From assembly GCA_031414955.1 (NCBI GenBank), contig JANOQV010000240.1, positions 1 through 64,000 on the forward strand: a stretch of DNA of 64,000 nucleotides, in the 5' to 3' direction. The notes under the pieces were generated by a model. That model ran no database searches. It saw nothing but the letters and a program-made list of their open reading frames with translations, and was not told the origin of the DNA. The DNA comes from Pedosphaera sp. Its GTDB lineage: Bacteria; Verrucomicrobiota; Verrucomicrobiia; Limisphaerales; SIBH01. Of this stretch, positions 59,167 through 64,000 are shown one piece after another. Numbering within the stretch: the stretch's first letter is position 1; every line of letters starts with the position of its first letter. Position numbers and translations under genes: made by a program.

Positions 59167-61014
59167 TCAGTCGAGGGAAAAGCTGCCCAGATATTTTTCG
59201 CGCTCGGCGGCGCTTTGGGGCGGCTGCTCGGTCTTGTAGAGCAGGCAGTTCTCGAGCACGAGCACGTCCATGTCCGAGGCCAGGAAGCAGCGATAGGCGT
59301 CCTGCGGCGTGCAGACAATCGGCTCGCCGCGGATGTTGAAGCTGGTGTTGATGATCACGCCGCAGCCGGTCTGTCGCTTGAACTCGCGAATCAGCCGGTA
59401 GTAGCGCCCGTTGCGTTTCTCATCCACGGACTGCACGCGCGCGGACATATCGACGTGCGTGATGGCGGGCAGCTCCGAGCGCTTCACATTGACGCGCTTG
59501 CGCAGATCGGGATCGCGCATGGCGGCCTGCTGTTCGGCGGTGAGCGCGCAAAGCTTCTCCTTTCGCACCGGGGCCACGAGCAGCATGTAAGGCGACTCGC
59601 GATCCAACTCGAAGTTCTCCGCCACGTCTTCGGCCAGCACGCTGGGGGCGAAGGGACGAAAGCTTTCGCGGAACTTGATGCGCAGGTTCATCTGCGACTG
59701 CATCTTCTCGCTGCGTGAATCCCCGATGATGCTGCGCGCCCCGAGAGCGCGCGGTCCGAACTCCATGCGGTCCTGGAACCAGCCCACGACCTTCTCCTCG
59801 CGCATGGCCTCGACGGTCCGGCGCAGCAACTCTTCCTCGTTCGCGTGGAAGTGGTACTTCACTTTCTGCGCATCGAGGAACTGGCGGATCTCTTCGTTCG
59901 AGAACTTTGGCCCGAGCAGCGAGGCCCGCATCAACGAGTCCGAGCCATTGGGCTTCCGCTCATTTTCCAGCAAATGAAAGTGGACAAACATGGCCGCACC
60001 CAAAGCGCCGCCAGCGTCGCCGGCCGGGGGCGGAATCCAGATGTCCTCGAAAATCTTCTCGCGCAGAAGGACGCCATTGGCCACGCAGTTCAGGGCCACA
60101 CCGCCGGCCAGGCACAGGTATTTGGAGCCAGTAAGTTTCTTGGCCGTGCGCGCCATGCGGAGCACGGCTTCCTCGGTCACTTTCTGGATCGACGCCGCCA
60201 GATCCATCTCACGTTGCGTGATGTTCGATTCGGCGCCGCGCGGTGGGCCGCCGAAGAGCTGGTCGAACTCGGGACTGGTCATGGTCAGACCCTGGCAGTA
60301 GTTGAAATACCGCATGTCCATGGCCATGGAGCCGTCGGGCTTCAGGTCGATGAGATGGTTCAGAATCAGATCGACATACTTCGGCTCGCCGTAGGGCGCG
60401 AGCCCCATGAGTTTGTATTCCCCTGAGTTGACACGGAAGCCGGTGAAGTAGGTGAAGGCGGAATAGAGCAGCCCCAGCGAATGTGGGAAGCTCATCGTCT
60501 TGAGCATCTGGAGCTTATTGCCCTGGCCGTGCCCGATGCTGGCCGTGTCCCACTCGCCCACGCCGTCCAGGGTGAGGACGGCCGCGTCGTCGAAGGGCGA
60601 GGGAAAGAAGGCGCTGGCCGCGTGCGACTCGTGGTGGCCGGTGAAGACGATGCGCTTCTTGTAGCGTCCGCCGAGAGATTTCCGGATCTCCTTGGGCAGA
60701 TGCAGCTTGGTCTTCAGCCACAAGGGCATGGCCATGAGGAACGACGGCAGGCCTTGCGGCGCGAAGGCGAGGTAGGTTTCCAGCAACCGCTCGAACTTGA
60801 GCAACGGCTTGTCGTAGAAAACCACGTAATCCAAATCCTCGGGCTGGAGGCCCGCCTCGCGCAGACAGTAATCAACCGCGTGCTTGGGAAAATTGTGATC
60901 GTGCTTCTTACGAGTGAACCGCTCTTCCTGCGCCGCCGCCACGAGCCGGCCCTCCACCATCAACGCCGCCGCGCTGTCGTGGTAGTAAGCAGAAACACCC
61001 AGGATTTTGGACAC
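59167..61014 (-). CDS. O-carbamoyltransferase (CmcH/NodU/TobZ family, SxtI-like)
   Basis: YHDSAA, EERFTRKKHD, HHESHAASAF, DGVGE, GEYKLMGLAPYG, GGVALNC, EFGPRALG.RS, KFRESFRPFAP, NTSFN.RGEP; GTG start. Confidence 0.96.
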   Translation of the reverse strand: MSKILGVSAYYHDSAAALMVEGRLVAAAQEERFTRKKHDHNFPKHAVDYCLREAGLQPEDLDYVVFYDKPLLKFERLLETYLAFAPQGLPSFLMAMPLWLKTKLHLPKEIRKSLGGRYKKRIVFTGHHESHAASAFFPSPFDDAAVLTLDGVGEWDTASIGHGQGNKLQMLKTMSFPHSLGLLYSAFTYFTGFRVNSGEYKLMGLAPYGEPKYVDLILNHLIDLKPDGSMAMDMRYFNYCQGLTMTSPEFDQLFGGPPRGAESNITQREMDLAASIQKVTEEAVLRMARTAKKLTGSKYLCLAGGVALNCVANGVLLREKIFEDIWIPPPAGDAGGALGAAMFVHFHLLENERKPNGSDSLMRASLLGPKFSNEEIRQFLDAQKVKYHFHANEEELLRRTVEAMREEKVVGWFQDRMEFGPRALGARSIIGDSRSEKMQSQMNLRIKFRESFRPFAPSVLAEDVAENFELDRESPYMLLVAPVRKEKLCALTAEQQAAMRDPDLRKRVNVKRSELPAITHVDMSARVQSVDEKRNGRYYRLIREFKRQTGCGVIINTSFNIRGEPIVCTPQDAYRCFLASDMDVLVLENCLLYKTEQPPQSAAEREKYLGSFSLD

Positions 61015-61041
61015 GCGGAAAACGTAGGGTGAAATTCAGCC

Positions 61042-62388
61042 TCAAGGCAACTGTACGCTCGCGCGAGGCGGAGGGTAAAAGGCGCCCGCGATGGCTTCCG
61101 CGGCCAGGCGATGCCCCGCTTCCGAGAAATGGCCGGAACCATTCGAGAGGTAAAGCGTGCGAATCTGTTCGGTCGTCAACTGCCGCCGCTTCATTTCATC
61201 GCCCAGGGCCAGGAGCGGCAGGCGACGGCGACTGGCCCACAAAGCGAGTTGCCTTTCGGGAGCAAGAAAGTCGTATGCGCCCAACTGTCCGTTCCAGTTC
61301 GTGCCCTTGGTCGCGTAAAAGTCCTGGGGGAAAAAGGGCACCGTGACCAGGCGAAGGCTGATGGCGTTGCTTTCGGCGAAGTGCGCGGCCCGGTCCAGCA
61401 AGGCTTCCATGATTTCCAAGCCTTCGCGCGCCGCCGGAGAAGGCTGCCGGGCGAACGGCTCGGCTTTCAACCCCAGCCGTGATGTTTGGGCTTCAAACCC
61501 GGCGTGGTGCGTGAGGTCCGCCGCCAGTTTTCTGCGCAAGGCCAGGGTGTTGCGGACGCTGATCGGCACCTGGGCCAGCAGGCAATGGCTCACCGCCAGG
61601 CGGGGCAGGAACAACCCGGACGGCCGGTGCGAAAAGTCGATCGTCTGCGCATATCGGAACCGGCTCGCTTCTCCGGTCGCGTCCAGTTGCAATTCGCCCG
61701 CCGCGCCGGGCGTGTAGTAAATGAACGAGGCGGGATCGTGGAACTGCAGGCGCGGCGAGCAGTCCGTGATGTCATTCCCCAGATACAGAACCAGGATGGC
61801 CTCCTGCACGGCGAAACGGCGGTGCGCGTATCGAAGCACTTCCAAATAATGAGCGGGGCCGGTGCCATGGTTGCCCAGTCCCAGCACGGTCCGGGAAACC
61901 TCCTGCGCGCCCAGCTTCCCGCCCAGCATGGCCGCCAGGTTGCGCGTGCGATGCACCTCGACCGCCTCGACAAAACTATCCCCAATCACCGCCGTGCGGT
62001 TGGTGCGGCTGAGATCGAACTCGGGAAAGTACCAGCCCTGGCGATTGCGAATGGAATTACCCAGACCCTCAGCGGTCCAATAGACCCGACCCCAAGGCAG
62101 GCGCTCCTTGGTGTTCACGGCGGGCAGGATTCCCAGCCAGGCGCTGGCCTGGAGCAACACCTCCACCAGTCCGCAGCCACACACCACCACAAACAGCTTT
62201 ACCAGGGTGGCGGGCCGGCCCCACCCGCCGACCGCTGCCGCCGCCAAGCCGGCGGCGATAAAGGCCCAGAAGCTTTTTCCCTCCCAGGCCCGGAGCCCCA
62301 GCGCGTGCAACTCCAGCGCCAGCACCGCGCCGAGGAGCGCGAACCCCAGCCCCATGGTCCAAAAGAATCGGCGAATAAATCGTTCCAT
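61042..62388 (-). CDS. Membrane-anchored SGNH-family protein
   Basis: About three N-terminal TM helices; block I IGDSF, block II GNHGTG, block III LGND, block V SGHFS. Confidence 0.8.
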   Translation of the reverse strand: MERFIRRFFWTMGLGFALLGAVLALELHALGLRAWEGKSFWAFIAAGLAAAAVGGWGRPATLVKLFVVVCGCGLVEVLLQASAWLGILPAVNTKERLPWGRVYWTAEGLGNSIRNRQGWYFPEFDLSRTNRTAVIGDSFVEAVEVHRTRNLAAMLGGKLGAQEVSRTVLGLGNHGTGPAHYLEVLRYAHRRFAVQEAILVLYLGNDITDCSPRLQFHDPASFIYYTPGAAGELQLDATGEASRFRYAQTIDFSHRPSGLFLPRLAVSHCLLAQVPISVRNTLALRRKLAADLTHHAGFEAQTSRLGLKAEPFARQPSPAAREGLEIMEALLDRAAHFAESNAISLRLVTVPFFPQDFYATKGTNWNGQLGAYDFLAPERQLALWASRRRLPLLALGDEMKRRQLTTEQIRTLYLSNGSGHFSEAGHRLAAEAIAGAFYPPPRASVQLP

Positions 62389-62559
62389 GCCTGTGTGATG
62401 GCGAACCGTAGGGGGCGGGGCGAACCCAGCCAAGCGCGAACCCAATCATGGCCGTGGCGCTCGTTCCATCCAGGCCCAGTTCCGCGCCGACGCAAGGCGG
62501 CTCCAGCGTGGGCCAATCGTCTTAACGTCGAACCTCAGCTCGGCCCGTGGCCTGGCTCC

Positions 62560-62664
62560 GGCGCGCGAGTTTTCCACCCGCCGCGCGTGGCCGGGGCGGA
62601 AGTCGCCGGAACTATTTCGATCCTCGGCCTAAGCGGCTTGCGGCGGGTGGAAAACCCGCGCGCC
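62560..62664. repeat. REP-like doublet (CGCGGGTTTTCCACCCGC type)
   Basis: 25-bp inverted repeats 62560-62584 and 62640-62664, 1 mismatch. Confidence 0.8.
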
Positions 62665-62731
62665 GATGAGGGATGCGGCCCGCCCTTCCCGCCTCGGAAT
62701 TCGCGCTTGATGCACATGGCTGAAAATCAGG

Positions 62732-62847
62732 CGGACGGACTGCGCCCGTCTCGGGCGCAGAAACTTGAAAAGGTCGAAGGCGCTGGAAAAATCCACGCCG
62801 GCCGCGGTTCGTGCGTCGCTGCGCCCGAGACGGGCGCACTCCGTCCG
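62732..62847. repeat. GGAGTGCGCCCGTC-type REP doublet (second copy)
   Basis: 29-bp inverted repeats 62732-62760 and 62819-62847, 1 mismatch. Confidence 0.85.
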
Positions 62848-62924
62848 GATCTGGTGCCACCGGATTCTGGAATTTCAGACCGGCTCTTACCCGGAACGAG
62901 GCAATAGCAAAGACCCTGGGTCTC

Positions 62925-63027
62925 GCGAAGGAGGCGAAGGGCGCGAAGGAGGGGCGGTCCTGGCGTCCGAGGATTTGAGAGTTGGACGGGGGAACTCATT
63001 TGGAGTTTGGATTTTGGGATTTGATGT
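62925..63027. repeat. Short tandem repeats: nonamer GCGAAGGRS x3 and degenerate TTGGANT-like heptamer x4
   Basis: GCGAAGGAG GCGAAGGGC GCGAAGGAG (62925-62951); TTGGAGT TTGGATT TTGGGAT TTGATGT (63000-63027). Confidence 0.65.
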
Positions 63028-64000
63028 TGCGCCGCTTCCACTCCGGATATTCTTTCTCCAGCAAAACCTGCGGCCAGTAACTGAGCCACGTGTAGCCCGT
63101 GCGGCGCTCCCGCTCGATCTCGGCCAGCGAATACTTTTTCACGCCGTCGCGCCCGGAGAAGATCGGCCGGCCGGTTTCAATCTCGTAGAAGCGCGCCCAC
63201 ATCGCCGGGGCGGCGGCATCCTTCTCGACCACCTTGTCCTTGGCCCCATTCGCATCCTTTTTCTCCATGACTTTGATGCCGGGAATCTTGGCTGACTCGA
63301 ACCAAGCCATCGCCGCCTCGACGGAGCGGACGATCTCCGGCTTGGGATGCTCAATGCTCAGCAGCAGGCGCGTCAGGCCCACCGACTCGGAACCGCTCAG
63401 GGAGGCCAGTTCGAAGGTGCGCGCCGGGCGTGGGCTTAAATCCACCTCATCATGTTGCGCACACCAGGCGGTGAGCTTGCCGTTCACGTTGACCTGGCAT
63501 TTGAGAATGCAATCCACGCCCCGATCGAAGGCGAGCTGCGCGGCGGAGCGCTGGCCGGCTTCGACAAATCCGAAGCGTTGGTCCGTGGCCACTTCGCGCA
63601 GGAAAATCATCAGCCGCGCCATCGAGTTATCGTTGAACGTGATGTGCCGGTGATACTTGCTCACGGGCGGAGGTGAGTACTGCGGCCAGCCGCCGTTGGG
63701 ATATTGCGCCTGGAGAATATGAGCCAGACCGCGCGCAAAAGCCTTCGAGGCGGCACGCGCCGGTCCGGGCGCCGACGCTCCGATAAGGCGCGCGCAGAAA
63801 CGCAGTTCATCGGTCGTCGCGCTGTTGTCGAAGGTGCCCTGTAGCCGGGCGCGCTCGCCGGAATACGGCCTGGTGGTATCAGTGTTCTTGGGCCAGCCGC
63901 CTTCGGGTGCCTGCCAGGACAGAATATTCTCCGCGACGCGCGCGGCTTCGTCGGACTGGAACCAAGCTTCAGACTGGCCCAGATGGTCACGCACGGCGGC
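62996..64000 (-). CDS. Pectate lyase, PL10 (PelA-type); 5' end outside window
   Basis: GGWPKN, TFDNSAT, QYPNGGWPQ, ITFND, WCAQHD, ARTFE, WARFYE, ERRTGY.W. Confidence 0.93.
   Translation of the reverse strand, partial: AAVRDHLGQSEAWFQSDEAARVAENILSWQAPEGGWPKNTDTTRPYSGERARLQGTFDNSATTDELRFCARLIGASAPGPARAASKAFARGLAHILQAQYPNGGWPQYSPPPVSKYHRHITFNDNSMARLMIFLREVATDQRFGFVEAGQRSAAQLAFDRGVDCILKCQVNVNGKLTAWCAQHDEVDLSPRPARTFELASLSGSESVGLTRLLLSIEHPKPEIVRSVEAAMAWFESAKIPGIKVMEKKDANGAKDKVVEKDAAAPAMWARFYEIETGRPIFSGRDGVKKYSLAEIERERRTGYTWLSYWPQVLLEKEYPEWKRRNIKSQNPNSK

Noticed and set aside
58512..61014. Saxitoxin biosynthesis cluster (sxtI/J/K similarity)
   Set aside because: No sxtA, sxtG or other core genes; the context is polysaccharide biosynthesis
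62400..63000. CRISPR array or small CDS in the repeat-rich gap
   Set aside because: Repeats are inverted doublets of different families rather than direct repeats with regular spacers; no cas genes; ORFs are repeat-derived

Overview
GC-rich bacterial window, probably PVC superphylum/Verrucomicrobiota (inferred from PVC-type dehydrogenase, ECF-sigma/Ser-Thr-kinase pair and repeat families, not from a marker gene). In order: three tandem secreted DUF4139-like genes with palindromic repeats in their 5' regions; hflX, sterol desaturase, sodC, transketolase; an nnrS-cytochrome c-DUF1259/rhodanese-DUF1080-like operon beside an internally deleted FGE/NirV-like pseudogene; ftsH; an accessory block (1579-aa secreted protein divergent from an ECF sigma and a kinase-WD40 gene); a truncated rpe; purB; a translationally coupled defence operon (ABC ATPase + DUF4276-like TOPRIM + Wadjet jetABCD + tfoX-N); a PVC-type SGNH/dehydrogenase/HEAT/cupredoxin protein; a ~21 kb surface-polysaccharide locus; and a partial PL10 pectate lyase. 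The most interesting observation is the SGNH-carbamoyltransferase-SxtJ-DUF5989 cassette at the head of the glycan locus. Its single-TM micropeptide ends in FIYTLF, matching the DltX/MBOAT acyl-shuttle hexapeptide, which suggests an MBOAT-free relay for extracytoplasmic O-carbamoylation of a glycan. All family assignments come from motif recognition by eye; no searches were run.
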